Of a stretch of DNA of 64,000 nt, positions 40,717-55,421 are shown piece by piece. The DNA comes from Lytechinus pictus (taxonomy: Eukaryota), in NCBI RefSeq assembly GCF_037042905.1, contig NC_087246.1:2606001-2670000 (forward strand). Reading direction: 5' to 3'. The translations under genes were made by a program, and so were the position numbers. The notes beneath the pieces were generated by a model. The model worked only from the letters and a program-made list of their open reading frames with translations. It ran no database searches and was not told where the DNA came from. Positions within the stretch are counted from its first letter, which is position 1, and each line of letters begins with the position of its first letter.

Positions 40717-40853
40717 TGGGAGAGTCAAGTTGTCAATTCTGACAACTTTCCTTGATTTTGATTGGCTGAGAAGCAGTGTACTATGGTAACTCAGATATAA
40801 GAGGGTTTGTGAGATAAAACGTCAGACAAGTCGTTTAATGAAACTCTTCCCAG
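40717..40853. mobile_element. Degenerate MITE related to 24460-24622 (opposite orientation)
   Basis: tgattttgattggctgag, ctatggtaac and gacaagtc...atgaaac are reverse complements of motifs in the 24460-24622 element. Confidence 0.65.
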
Positions 40854-41579
40854 ATGACAAGATCTCAGATCTCGCCATGTTTCACAGGATGTAGACGGCA
40901 CAAAATCAAAGATTTTCCGTATCATCATCTTTTTAAAGGGATGTAGACAAAATGAGATGATTACGTGAACATCTGTTTGGCACTTTTAGACCTTCTATAG
41001 ATATTCCTCCTTTTTTTATATCCAGGAGACTGCAGGAAGCATTGTGTGAAGTAAATGTCTGACTCAGTAATTTTACTTACATGATGCTCTGAGTCAATCA
41101 GATTCATGGACTCCTGTGGCTTATAAGAGATGTCAGTGATTATCACAGCCAAAACTCTACGTTAAACTCACTCCACATCTTTCTTTAAAAGGCAATCGCA
41201 GCATGCTAAAACATGAAAAAGGTCAATCTTTATGAAAGAAAAATTGCTTCAGTAATGAAGTTTTCTCCTATAAATCTTGTGGATAAAGGGATGAAAGACA
41301 GTTCGTTTCCAATTAGCTCCTAGCAAGACGTGGATCCCATGTTGTAATGTCACAGTTCAACATGGATAAAGGCAGCTACATTTCATAAGATTTTATAGGG
41401 TTAATCAGAGAGGCGAATCCAGGGTACCCAATAGCCGATTCTAGGAAGTTCCTCTTTATAACTTCTTCAGTGTATTGTTCGTAATCATGTGCAATTGCAA
41501 TGACTCTGACTGTGTAAATCATAAGAAGGCTATACTACGCGATGAGTGTTTGTTTATTCAGAATTTCCCTTTTTAAAAA

Positions 41580-41706
41580 ATCTCCCTTTCCCTCTCTTTT
41601 TCTTCTTCTTCCTCCTCATCCTCTTCCTCTTCTTCTCCTCCTCCTTCTTGTTCTTCTTCTTCTTCTCCTTTCCATCTTCTTCTTCTTGATCCTTCATTCC
41701 CTCCTT
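41580..41706. repeat. Pyrimidine-rich (CTT/CCT)n low-complexity tract
   Basis: Directly visible. Confidence 0.85.
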
Positions 41707-42979
41707 GAACATGTTGAAACTATCACGTATTCACCTCTCCCGACATGCTCACTATAGGACTCTTCCTCACCTCTTTCAAGAAATCCAATTATCATGCCAA
41801 TATCTTCGGGGATTTTGAGACGGCGTGGAGATTATCTCTTCGTTTATAATGCCTTTACCCTTGTCATCGCAATCCGTCTCCCTTCTCGACCACCTCCTCG
41901 TCCTCGTAGTTGTCCTTTATGCATGTTTCCACTTTCCATTCCCGTTGATTAACTCATCCGCCTTTATTAGCTGAATGATTCGATGTATATGACGCTGCAT
42001 GGCAATCTACAAGCATATCTATACTTATGGCAAGCATATAAATTACATAACCAACCTGACACCTGGAAACACTGCCGTAGTTAAATAGTTCACCAGACTA
42101 ATTTTTTAATGAACAATATGTGGTAAATATGAAGTTAAATTGATATGGATTCAAACGAAATTTCTTTTTAAATTTTTTTACGGAGACAGAGGTCCTATTT
42201 CCTATGTCTATTAATAGCATATAATATTAACCTAAGGAGCAGGTAGATAACGTTCATTAACAAAAAGCATGTTTAAAACGTGACATCATTATTCTTAACG
42301 TGCCTCTGAATTTCTCTAATGCCTCAGGTACAAACACAGTGCACTACTACCAAAATATTAATCATCGTAAATAACGAAATACCCTTATCATATCATATCT
42401 TGAGAGGCCACCATAATCGAAGTTATTCTTCGTTCATTATGTACGTTGGATTCTCAGAAATAATGGAACTTTAAGTCTAAGGCTATCTATGGACCTCAGC
42501 TGTGACTGTGTAAATCATAAGAAGGCTATACTACGCGATGAGTGATGTATGTGTGTGACATATACATCAATAAACGATGGAGTTAGCAGACTGAAAGACA
42601 AACATGTTCGCATAAGCAAACTTCTATTTCCTTTGCTGTCACCCGGGATAACCTTTATTCGCACGGTAAGTTTGAAAGCATTCACGGCAGTTCTCTTGAG
42701 ACAAATAAAAAGAAATATCGAATTGTGATGATGAATCACATATGAAGCAATTTATTTCATTGCCCAAATTAAATGATCGTAAGCAAGTATGACTGAGGTA
42801 AACATAAATATTTAAACCATTCTGTTTCTTTTATTGTCACATGTTTTGATTTTAGACCTGAAGTTTTCCGTTGATTGATTTACTTTCTTGGGGATTTAAA
42901 TTGAATAAAGATGGGAAGTGTGCTATACAAGTCTTATGTATTATCATATTATTCATTTCGGTAACTGAATAAATTTCAG

Positions 42980-43140
42980 CATGGGCGTCGATAGTGGAAG
43001 ATGGTGACCCCCCCCCCCCCCCACCCATAGGCGGCGGGGACGATCCCTCCCTAAATTTTTTGGTTGATAACCTTCTTTTTTTTTGCTTGTCAAAAAATCT
43101 TTGTGGTCCCCCTAAAATTGTTGGCTTCCGCCGCCAATGC
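42980..43140. mobile_element. MITE-like fragment
   Basis: Starts catgggcgtcg, ends ccgccgccaatg and has a poly-C tract, the same style as the hAT-like MITE at 5924. Confidence 0.45.
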
Positions 43141-46100
43141 CCCCACCTCGGGAGATGATGTGGGAGATGATCTTCCCGTTCCTAGAGGGACCAAAAATCT
43201 CACGAAAAAACCGCACCTGCATTTTAGTATAGTTACTTCAAGGTACCAGACATTCAGATATATTAATATATCTACTGTTCACAAAATGAATCAAAAGGAA
43301 CCTGATATTGAAACTTTTATTTTTCGATTCAGACGCTTCCATCCTTAACATTTTGTCAAACATGATAAATTCTATATTAACAGAATTGCCTATAAAGAAC
43401 AATATATACACGGTATGCCAAAGAATCCTTTTTATTCTTGAAAAAGGCGAGGGAAAATAATAGACACTTCTGAGAATTTTTGATAAGTGAAAAGAACGTT
43501 GTCTACTGTCGATGATGATGATAGTGTCCATGATGCTTTATTTTCACGTAAGATCAGCGATGAGTATGTGAAGACCCATGAGGAATAGCTGTGAGGGGCC
43601 TCTTAATTACATTACGGTTCTAAATATATGTCTTCTACTTCATAACAGGTCATTCACTTTCCTTGTGAATTTATGTTGGCAATAGCAAATAGGGAGCCTC
43701 TGATTCACGTTCAAAATCAGACCCTACCTGATATTCGCAAGATTCGCAAAATTCTCGCTGTGTTATGGTAAAGGAAGAATCGCATGGATCTCCTGCAATT
43801 ACTGTCGAGTTGTCGAGAAAGTTACAGAAAACCTAGTAGATACAGAATTAAGCGTCACTTTTGCGAGAGCTTTCTGTTTGTAACCTGTAAAAGAATACTT
43901 AACTTACGGCTGTTTTAACGCTTGCAAAGGTTTAGCCATGTTTTAAGTTTAAGTTCAAGTTTATTTAATTGACTCAAAAAAGAGATAATATTACACAGTT
44001 TGACAAAAAAAGAAATAATAGGATATGATAGGTTTAGTTGTAGAAAATTGATTAAACTTGTCCAGTGAAATTTCATGGATGGAAGTCACTATATCATTTT
44101 CCCCATCTTATTCGTATTTATATATACCATGGTTCAGTGTTTACGGGGAAATTATTTTGGACAGAAATTACCATCAACCCGTTTCGCAGTTTAAGAGCAT
44201 AGTTTTTAAAAGAAAAGAGGGAATTTTTTCCGTATTTAAAAAACTTCTAGAAAGTGAGACTACCATATTCTTTGATTACCCTTTGAAAGCTTTGGAGTAA
44301 GCAGAATTTTATCCGGCTCTCTCCGTTACTCGATACTATTCACACATTTCTACAAAATTCGCTTCTCCTTTTCAGAATCACGCTGGTAGAATTCTCTGAA
44401 GAGAAGTCCGTAATGAAATTTCATGGTAGACCCGCTCACTCAACTGACGAGTATCGATTTGGAGAGATCGGATGAAGGCACGCGGAATAAAAAAAAGCCT
44501 TTAGATGTTGCATGGGTAGGTATAGAAAGTAGATGCAATTCTACCGGTCGAGGTTGTCACCCTCGTCATCGTCGACATTGTTTTTGTATTTGCTTGCTCT
44601 CCTAGTCAGTATGTGACATCTAGTTAGTTCGGGTGCTTCATCATTCTTACACCGACCTTAATAGTACTTATTTCAGTTTTCAAGTGATTTTTGGTTACAA
44701 AGCGAATATAAGATAATACTTTTTTAAAGAGAAATAAAAAACATTAATTTGTCACAATTCTTTCGACCGAGTATAAATCGTGACGGAGAAAGAGAAAATA
44801 TTCTAAATGTGTCATTCTGTAGAATGCCCCAGACACGGAAATCGAAAAACTGATAAGACCTTCTTTTTCCGCCGAAGCTCATCGAAGTCTAATCAGTGAT
44901 GGGATATTTGGAGAAGGGTAATACCGTTTCCAGGGGTAACCTAGAATATGGGCCCCTGTAGGGAACGTTGTATGAATATTGTAAAGTGAGGAATATATGA
45001 GTTCTTGTGATCGTGGTGTTTGTCGTGTGTGATGTGAGCGTGTTTGTGCAAGCGATGGTGCAGGAAATTGCCATGTCTCATAACCTCAGCTTTGTGTCGA
45101 AATCGAGGCAGAGGTGGCTGATCCTACAGAAGAATTCATCAAATTCTTATTAATATTTCAAAATGAGAAAAATAAAATTATTAAAAGTATTACTTATTAT
45201 CTTTGTTTTTTTTAAGATCATGAAACACAACTAATAAAGATACGAAAATGAGCATTGGGTCGTGTTCACATGGTCTATTCCGGAGAATTCATGTCAATCA
45301 ATGTAAAATATATGTATGATGTGAATATTTAAAGTTAACTGAAACTGAAATAGGGTCAGTTCGTGAAATTATCAATTGAATTGAACAAGATTGAATCGAG
45401 GCTGCAATATTCGAAGTAGATGGAGTAGCTCTAATGGAATATATGTAAATGAAATAAAAGGTCCGTATTAATGGAACTATGGAGCTAATTCAATCGGAAA
45501 TGGATTCTGCTAGTGCCCCATACGGACAAAATTTCCATGCTTCAGTCGTCCTTTATAAACAAACCCATTCAATCATGAAATATTGGATTCACAAATTGAA
45601 TTCAATTTATGAAAGCCCGACTTGCACAGGGGACTCTGTAAAATGTGCATGCTTGGAACTTTTAGGGCAAAACATACTTGCGATCCGATGTTTATCATGG
45701 AGGGCACATGAATAAAAGGGGAATATCTTTCATTGCAAATTGAAATATGCCGTTGAGGGGAAAATGGCCTTTATCAGACATGGGCTATCCCAAGTGTTGT
45801 CAGTATTGCGATATAGATTTAGATAATAAGATTCAGATTTTCAATAACCATGATGCAATAATACGTATGGAGATTCAGTTTGTTCGCACAAAGAATTTGT
45901 AGGAAAGTTTCATACACCTGTCATACCTGTCATAGATTTAATACTGCAGTAAAAAAGACAGTTAGATAGGCTGGTAGAAATATATGTTAGTTTTTAAGAG
46001 ATTGTGCTTTTTTAACTCAGAAAAGAATTGTACAATTTCCAATAGCCACAAGGAAAACTGTACAATATCAAAATACATTTGATTTCAATTGAAATTATGA

Positions 46101-46385
46101 TAGTCTGTCTCGTAAAACACGCATGTGCACACTCATCAACAATCATGAAGGCCTATCTGATACTATTTATTAAAGCTATAAATAACTGGTTTTTTTAACT
46201 AAAGGTTGCCCAATCTAACAAGTAGTACCTATTCATATTTTGACGCATAACTAGTACAAATTGCCATTTACGGTTCACATGGTTAATGTAACAAAGCCCA
46301 TAACATTCAACAACAACAAAAACAAAAAACAGAAGTAGGAACTTTAAAAATATTTATCATAAATCATGTAACTAATCTGGAAAGT

Positions 46386-46428
<43 letters not shown>

Positions 46429-49219
46429 TATTATCATCATTGTTGCAGTTGTTCTTGTTATCTTCGTGTTCTTCACTAGATCATTATCATTCACTATCAA
46501 GTCTCTGTATGAGGAGAAGAAGCCGACATGCTACCTGATTCCTGGCAAATATACAAGTACCTTTCCCACACAGTCAGGTACAACATCGTCAATTTAGCAT
46601 ACAAGGCTCATGCGAAAATGTTGAGAAAAATATCTCACAGTGTTATCGGCGTTGAAATATGCCGTCAACACCAATCTAGATTCACCTTTTCTGTTTATAC
46701 CCACAGCAATGAGACTGACGAAACTCCAAAGGGTCTGACACTATATCTATTTGGCAAGAGTAAATAAACGGTGGAAGAATTTGAAATAAGGTGGATATAC
46801 GGAAGTGGGTTGAGTAATTATGTTCTTCGTTCTTTGACTTGACTTTCGGGTGATGGTATATATTTCAGAGGAGAGATGGAGTACATAAAGTAATTTTCTC
46901 TTCACCGCTTCAAATTTCTCGAACTTTCTTGTCCTATTTTTTTTTATCTCTATCGTAAAATAAGAAATGTCCGCTTAAAAATTGAGAATATGTTTATAAA
47001 TTCCAAATCTTCACGTCAATTGCGCAATTATCATTGGCTTTTCTTGTCACTCCGTCATACTTCAGAAACCTTAGCATGTTTAGGGTGCCCTAGATATATT
47101 TTCGTTCGAAGAAACAATCCAAGCACTGCATTTGACCAGAAAGTTTCATATGAGGAATAACAAAATCAAACAGTTCATGTGTTGACTTTTTTTCAGTATC
47201 ATCACCATTATTCTTGGTAGTACTCTAATACGCATTTTACAGTGTTATTCGTATATTTTTCATGTGTGATTTCAAAAGATAAGAGATATAGTTGAATGTT
47301 GAAGCAGTGGGCCTATGAACCACTGGAAAAAAAATTGTGAAAACTTTAGAAAAATCATTCTTTTAACTCTAATAATAATGTTTTTCACATTGTTTCGTTC
47401 AATACGTATAAACTTACTTCCTCCATTGTTGCCAGATGCCTACTAAAAATGGCCCCAGCAGTAATTTCAAAGCAGTAATTCATTGGGGACTACTTATTAT
47501 ATCTTTTTCCCATTATTAATGGTGAACTATGCCATGATTGGCCTGTAGTCGTATCATATCATGATGGTGTTGTAGTCATCAAATTATATTCATCATACAC
47601 CCTTTTGTGGAAGAGATGTTAAATTCATATGAAGTTGCCTTTTGGTAGGTTTGCTGATGATCTTACATGCTGTGCGCCATCAGGCTGACATTATACATGC
47701 TGAGATAGGTAATTTACCAATCCTCCATTCTTCAGGGTAGTTCACACTCGTCATATACTGATATCCTAGAGAAAATGAATGTGTGTTTGTGTGTGTGTTA
47801 ATAGCGTTGTCTGATATTAATGCAAGATAGAATAGAAAAAAATTTAAATGCAGGCCTGCTGTTTAAATTTGGTATTTATTGAATTAGCAATATTGGATCG
47901 GCAATCTTTGAGGGAGCAATACGCAACATATTTAATGAACGACAAATATCACCATAAATAAAATTATATACATAATCAGACCAAAGCTGTACTAACAGAA
48001 ATTATAGTCATTATCTGTTTTTGTCTAATAAATTAAGTTAATCATGTTATGAAACAGACACTTTATCTAGACAAATATGAACGGAGCCATTGCTGCAATG
48101 CGATAGCCGCTCTTATCGTTGTAGTGACGTTAATTGGGAAATGTTGTCGGTGTGATGTCAGGCTATTGTGATCAGCTAATTATGCATGCTGTTCATGATG
48201 GATTATGAATGATAGTAGAGGAAAGTACACGACCTTCAAGTTCATGATATTATACGATGGATAACAACTCCCTTTTTTTTGTTAAGACTACTAAACTTGT
48301 CAGTTAGATCTTGAAGCAAGAAGATGCAATAAAACATTTACTTGCGTGATTATTTTGACAGAAATTAGCACTCTTCATGAAAAATACCAGAGAAGGAATT
48401 TTTCTGGAAGATTAATAAGAACTCTTTGTTGTTGTTTAAACAGTAGACAAATCCCACAAGATATTATACTCGATATCAAATTTAAAGGCATCAGTCGTCC
48501 TGTAGATTCAATTCTCGTAGCCCACTTGGCAAATTAAATTTAGAGTTTACTTCATTCTATTTATCTTTTTCAAAATCAGTTCTGCTTACATTAAACAATT
48601 TATATCGGTTGCACTGCTAATCAAACAGTAAACTTACTGAAAGAAGACAAATGAAAAAAAAAACAGTTTTGAAATGCATATTTACGCCAGAGCAGAAAAG
48701 AACAGAAATTAATGATGAATTTGTGTTCATTTGTATCGGACATGGCATGAGACTTTACGGTTACTTAGACCATCATCAGAGGCGGGAAACATCGCACTTT
48801 ACGCTGAGCGTATTTCCATTGCTTGGATAGGATACACACTAATTTCATAATCGAATTCATTCAGGCGGATCAAATCAAGACCCGACCCGCTGCTTGGTAT
48901 AAAACTATTACATCGAATTCAGTTCTGATGTTAGATATCCTAGCACTTGTAGGCGTTCTCAAGATACAGGATGTACGTAGAGTATTATGTTAGATTGCAA
49001 ATAACATGCTTTCTCAAGTAGCAATTTATAGTAATCAATAAGCAAGCTTTATTTCGATGGGTATTATTCGATGTATCATTCACCAAATCTTTCAATAAAA
49101 TTTCGCTAGTCTATAAATGTATTTTCAACATCGTGTTTACTATACATTGATCTATCAGTACTGCCTTTAATGTGGAAGTAAGTCTTTCGATATCATTAGA
49201 ATAATTAATACAGTGTATA

Positions 49220-49378
49220 CAGGGGCCGCGGAACTGTTTTCAAAGTGGGGGGGGGGGGGGCTGACCATGCAAAAGATCACAATCGTAATGGTCATTTTTA
49301 CGTTTTTGTACATGGTTTTGGAAAAAAGTGGGGGGCTGAAGCCCCCCAGCCCCCCCCCCCCCGCTTCCGCGGCCCCTG
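49220..49378. mobile_element. Short MITE
   Basis: Perfect 14-bp TIRs CAGGGGCCGCGGAA and TTCCGCGGCCCCTG with subterminal poly-G/poly-C; no clear TSD. Confidence 0.8.
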
Positions 49379-50792
49379 TTTACAATGTACGAATCTGCAT
49401 TCACATGTTTCGCCCGTTAAATGCTTTGAGAAATGAAGAGCGATTCGACAAGTCGTATAATTGCCTCTCACATCAGAGACAGATGTTTACGCGAACATAG
49501 TACATGCTTGTCGGTCACTTCAGTGTGTTTCCTGTATAAGTTAGCATAACGAGCCTATGTTGTCTTGTAGTACACAAAATGTATTTTGTTGTTTTTTATT
49601 GCTGTGATACAGGAATTGTGAATTGTTTTGAGCACAGCTGCGATTATATAAAACAAGAGATAGCACCTTCAAACATCACAAAAGTCATATCTCAATATTC
49701 TCTGCTCTTTTTTCAATATAAAATAAATCTCGAAATGGTACTTTTGATAATCCCCCCCAAAAAAAAAAAAAAAAAAAAAATCGTCCACATCAGGAAAAAA
49801 AATGTAATCGCTTGGCTTTGTTTATTTGGAAGTATTAGAATGTTGGTGTCTTATTGTATGTTTTTTCCTTGTATCAAGTTCATATATTTCGACATCTTAT
49901 GGCAGACAAAAACATATCCATTTTTTCATAACCCTAAACACGATACAAAAAAATTAAATCTGAAAAGTAAGTCCACATCTAAAGAAGATAAGTGTGACAC
50001 ATCATATTTTAGGACAGATCCTGACACTATGCGGACATCCACACGTGAAATATATGTTTTAATACCTCTTATCTCTTAAACTTGTTTTTAATATGAAAAG
50101 ATACCGAAATGTTTGCTACTATAACCACTAGGAGTATTGTAATATGTTCACATCTAAGCAAGATAAATAATGTATTCATGACGAATGAAAGATGTTTTGG
50201 ATGAGTTTTACTTGTGTATGTGTAGGCGGGAAAGAAAGCATATGGGAAGGATTAAGGCTATGGTGTGCCCGCGCATGTTTGTGAGTCTGAACAAGTGTGG
50301 GGGTGGGTATGGGTGTGTGTGTGTACATGTTTATGAGTATGAGAACAGTCCTATTAAGGAAAGATGCCCCCCAAAATGGTGAACTGTTTTAAATGTATCA
50401 CAATCTTTGTATTATCCCATTGTAATCCAACAAATCTATCGTAAACAACTCTTTAAGAAAATATTTGTTTTGCGATGAGATAAATTTTCCATCAAGCTGC
50501 TCTAAAATTGACAAATTGACAAAATTATATTAACGTTAATATTCGAATCCAAAATCATTAGAAAAAAAGGGATATTTGGCCAATTTGCACTCGTAAAATG
50601 ATATTTCGATTATAATGTAAATTGGGTGCAGCGTTGGTTGGGTATAGTGTGGAGTATACTATAGAAGTGCATGTATCATCCATTTACATTATACACATGT
50701 AATATGTTTGAAAATGATGACTAATTATCATTATTATTATTATTATTGAATGCATTAGATCGTCAGAACCTATAAATTTTCCGATGATAAAT

Positions 50793-52445
50793 ATTCAATT
50801 CAATTCAATTCAAATTCAATTTATTCTTGATAATAATAAAACATCATCAAATTGTACATTCGTATATAGAAATATCATTACAAGAAAAGGAGGGCAACAA
50901 AAAGTTTACACTTGAAAATAAGAAGCCTCCAAAGAATACAGTAATTAATATATGTACACATCAGATGAAGAGGGGGGGGGAGCGAAACATGCTCATTCAC
51001 ACACAGACACATCCACCGAGACACATCGTCATCATCACACACAAAAGCACACCCGAACATCCATCATCTTGGTTCATTCATTAACAAAAATAATACATAT
51101 ATAAATGAGGTGAGTTTGAATTCAAATTAGGAATAAGTACTAATAATGATCTTTTTGAGTTTGCATTTAAACGAAGAAACAGTTGAACATGAAAAAAGGC
51201 ATACATTGAGATTATTCCAAATTCGTGGCCCGGTAAACTTAAAAGAGTTCAGAATTAAGGTTGAAGCTGTTTTAGGGTAATGAAAGCTATTAGCAGAGCG
51301 ATTATTGTATCGGTGAAAGTCGTAGTTATATTGAAAAAGATTGATGATATTAATAGGAGCATATCTATATCTAACTGCGTGCATAAGTGTAGCAATCTTA
51401 AATTTATGAATATCGTAGACTGTCATTGTTTTTAATCTAAAAAATAATGGCCCTGATGGTGTCAGATATGGAGAATTGGTGCAAATGCGTAGTGCTTTTT
51501 TCTGGAGTTTGTGGATACAATCCAATTTAGTTATTCCAACACTGGCCCATGTTATGTTGCAATATTGAATATAAGGTAGAATCAAAGAGTTATATAGCAT
51601 AATCAAATTCTTTTCAGGTAATATGGATTTCAATTTACACAGTATTCCTACATTTTTGGATATTTTGTTACAAATATGTAAACGATGATTAGTAAATGTT
51701 AATTTATCATCTAAAATTATACCTAGAAATTTGACTGTTTTAGTTACATTCAGGATTGTCGAACCTAGTTTTAACTTAACAGCAGATATATTACACGAAA
51801 TGTTTGGTTTACAAAAATACATAACATTGGTTTTATCATAATTTATTGTTAATTTATTGGCTCCAAACCAGTCTGTCACTTTGCATAACTCTTTCTTAGT
51901 TTCATTTAAAAGTTCATTAAAATTACTATGTGAAGAAATTATATTAGTGTCATCTGCGAAAAGTATAAAGCGAAAAAAAGAAGATACATAACATAAATCA
52001 TTGACATACAAAATGAATAAAAGTGGCCCCAATATTGAACCTTGCGGTACTCCGCATTGAACTTTATAATAAGAAGATTGACAGTTATTAAAAAAGGTGA
52101 ATTGATATCTATCGTTTAAGTAACTAAAAAACCAATCCCATGCTATGCCCCGAATACCAAAATGTTTTAATTTATACAGAAGAATTTTATGATCAATAAC
52201 GTCGAATGCTTTGCTTAAATCAAGGAAAATGCCAAAAGAGTGTAGATTATTTTCAACGGAGTTAATAAGTACATTATGTAAATCAATAAGAGCATGTTCA
52301 CATGAGTGTCCTGGTCTGAAACCATATTGGGCATTATTTAGTAATTCGTTTTTGTTTAAATAACAAAGTGATCTATTGTATACAATCTTTTCCAATATTT
52401 TCGAAAAACAAGGTAGTAAAGTTATTGGTCTGTAATTCGAAATAT
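50793..52445 (-). mobile_element. 5'-truncated non-LTR retrotransposon (CR1/L2 group, Crack/Daphne-like) with uninterrupted RT frame
   Basis: ORF 51127-52395 extends upstream to ISNYRPITLLPCFSKILEK. Motifs QYGFRPGHS, GIFLDLSKAFDVIDH, GVPQGSILGPLLFILYVNDL, LFADDTN, KFLGIILD. About 330-bp 3' UTR ending in (TTGAA)n at 50793-50821. Possible TSD AAATATT at 50789-50795 and 52440-52446. The clade call is tentative. Confidence 0.92.
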
Positions 52446-55421
52446 TACTTCACAATCCTAGATTTCAAAATTGTTTTCCCTTTACCTTGTTAACCTTTCA
52501 GAAAAAACATCCCCAATAAACAAATACACAGACAAACTACCAATCAAACCTAGGTCTGTATATTGTCCCAACTCTATACAGAGGAGGTAAACTGAATGAA
52601 CCCGGAACATGGTAGAAATGGAAAAGCAATATTCATGGTCATATTCCAATTTTCGAGAGTGAATGCAAATTTAAATCACTCTGAAGCCCATCAATACAAA
52701 TATACGAATTTGTTGGGAGAAGAAATACGACCCATTAGATCAAACTGCATGAGCAAAAACCACACGATTTTCTCTAACAGGTAGAACAATATTGCATTGG
52801 ATGGGAAGATCAATGCAAGAAAGTGCATTATCATTTCGTTACAAAGAGGGGCAAAAAGGTAACTTACTAATGAGATCAATAAAAAATAATAATTTAAGCG
52901 AAATAACTAAAGACTTTACTGAATCCGCGCTTTCTAAGATGGATTTTTTTTTAATTCATTGATCTTATTCAGTTCCATGATATGTTATCAAGTGGTTTAG
53001 AAGGTCAAGTTTGAACATAAAAAGAGACACATTAAGATACTATTATCCTTGAGCATAGAGCAAAATGGTGTAACTCAGAGTGAAAATATTCTTATTTTAT
53101 GAATAAAAAGATGGAAATGGGTCATTAAGAGACCGACCAAGCCGGTATGAAGATTGAACTTAATCGTCGCTTGCAATAATTTACAGACAACTATCAAATT
53201 ATCCTGCTCGCTGATTCGATTAAATCTTAACAATTGAATCCTATAAAGATGCCCTGTTTATTGGCGAAGGGTTTCATATGATAGCCGTCGTTGACCACGA
53301 CCACTTCCGATTTAATTATCACACTTGTAATACTATAATTAGCGTACACCAGCAAGGATGACATTTTCTTGCTTACGAATAATTATAGTTGCTCTGCAAT
53401 CCATGACTAAAATTTACGTTGCATTTAAGGAAATATTATGAAATATTTTTTAACGTGTAGGCCATATATAGGCCTATTCGATTAAATCATTTCATCTTTG
53501 AATGTCCAGTATGCATTGTTATGAGAAGTGGTTAACAAAAGATCACATTCATATTTTGACTTACTAAAGGAAGTAAGACAATAAATCAACTTTAATCCCC
53601 TTTTCAATAGTTCACATTAGATAAATCTCAGTAAATGATCAGATTATTTTTCATCCCAAGATCCAATAAATATTGTTTTATCTACTTAGTTTCTATCGAC
53701 TGGAATTAATGGAATTTCATTAATATCTTATGTTGATAAAAATCATGTTTCAATGACTATTATCCTTCTGACTACATTGAAGCACACAACCCAACTTGGA
53801 AATGCACAAAAGGATTATAATTAGTATATTTACGTGTACCATGGTTAACTTGGATGTTGTGATGACTACTATAACACGAATGCTGTCTCAATCTGATTAC
53901 ATTATTTTTAGTATATTTTAGTTTTTTTTATGCAGGCTTTTGAACCGAATAATATAGTGCAACGGGATCAAGAATTATATACATAATTTTTTTACATATT
54001 TTTTTTAATAATTAAATGAAGAATGGATTATTTTCGAAATATAGATGAGAACGGACATCATATCTTTGTAATTGTTATTCTGTTGCGTTGAACAGAACAA
54101 GATTACAAGAAGAGCGATTGGTAGTTTCCAGAATGAAAGGTCGTGAATCGTGTCAAAGTCAAGCTTGTAATGTAGGTCGGTACAGAAGCTCGTAAATCAT
54201 TACCCTGACGTAATTAGTCAAGTAGAAAAACTTGACTTTATCATGTTTATGGTGATAGGGACTAGATTTATGCTTTCTGCCAGCAAGAGCAATGCATAAA
54301 TATAGTGCCAATATAAGCAATACTATTGAAGTAGAGATGAACATGTTGTACCAGGATACCACTCAAAGATTGTATTATCATTTTCACACGATACTGATGC
54401 AAAACGAAACCTTGTATTAGCATAGCCGTTATGAGCTAATGCTTGTATATGGCCCAACCCTGGTCGCCATTTTGAATATATTATTGATGAAGGCGCCAAC
54501 TTAATAATTGTGCTTGCGCATACCAGGATTTCAATGAAATGGATGATCGCATAAGTAGGGTGTATGGGACAGGGTCATGGAAGCTTCCTGTATATCTTGG
54601 CAGATTTATAGTTTAGGTTTGGTAGAGTGTCTTGATCTCGAGCTGTTTTTATTTTTTTGTTAACCATATCCTGTGCGTACTCTTATTTACTTGCCGAATA
54701 CAGAATTATCATCTCGCTTAAACTTTAATGGTTAATGCATATGTTACAATATTCAAATCTGAAAAGACCTATTGAAGTTAGAACTGTTGACTTCATGAGA
54801 CACCATACTAGGTTGATTCGGAGGTTGATATCATATTCATTTTAAACGGTGTTCCATGGATTAAAAATGAGAATTTGCCAGGAATACTTGCAGGCTTTCC
54901 AGATTTTACACATGTTCCAATTTTCAATTCAGTAGAAGTGGTTTGTTTTTGAAATTTTACTGAAGGAATATCGACAAATAATGATATCCTCACTTCTATT
55001 GGAATGTTATTTTCGTGTGATTCCCTTGAAAATAAAAGTCGATTGTATTTTACTCAGATAATAAGAAGATACAACGGTGAACTAAGTAAGGATATTTTCT
55101 TCTTAACAACAAAAAGTATATAAAGGAATTTAATCTAATGAAAATGTAAAAATATGCGTTTTCACATTTCCCCTCAAATAGCAATGTAATATAAATGTTT
55201 GCTTACAAGGCATTTCTAAGTTTTAACGATTTTCCACTACTGATAATTAAATATGAATTATTCGAAAGTCAAGTTCTTTTCCCCTGAGGTATCATCTCTT
55301 GAGAATCATTCACACCATACCATACTTCCATCATCACTCATTTTCAGTACTTGTGTTCATGACGTCAAATTCAATGGCAAATGCTCTTGTGCTGGAGCAC
55401 CCCTAGCCTAAGTTTTTTTTT

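Noticed and set aside
49579..50079. 166-aa ORF
   Set aside because: It runs through a poly-A tract and has low-complexity AT-driven composition with no recognisable motif.
54281..54344. Candidate nAChR signal-peptide exon (minus strand, MFISTSIVLLILALYLCIALA plus G, phase 1)
   Set aside because: Length, hydrophobicity and phase fit, but the donor would be GCAGAA, far from consensus even for GC-AG introns. Hydrophobic ORFs are common in AT-rich DNA. It needs transcript evidence.
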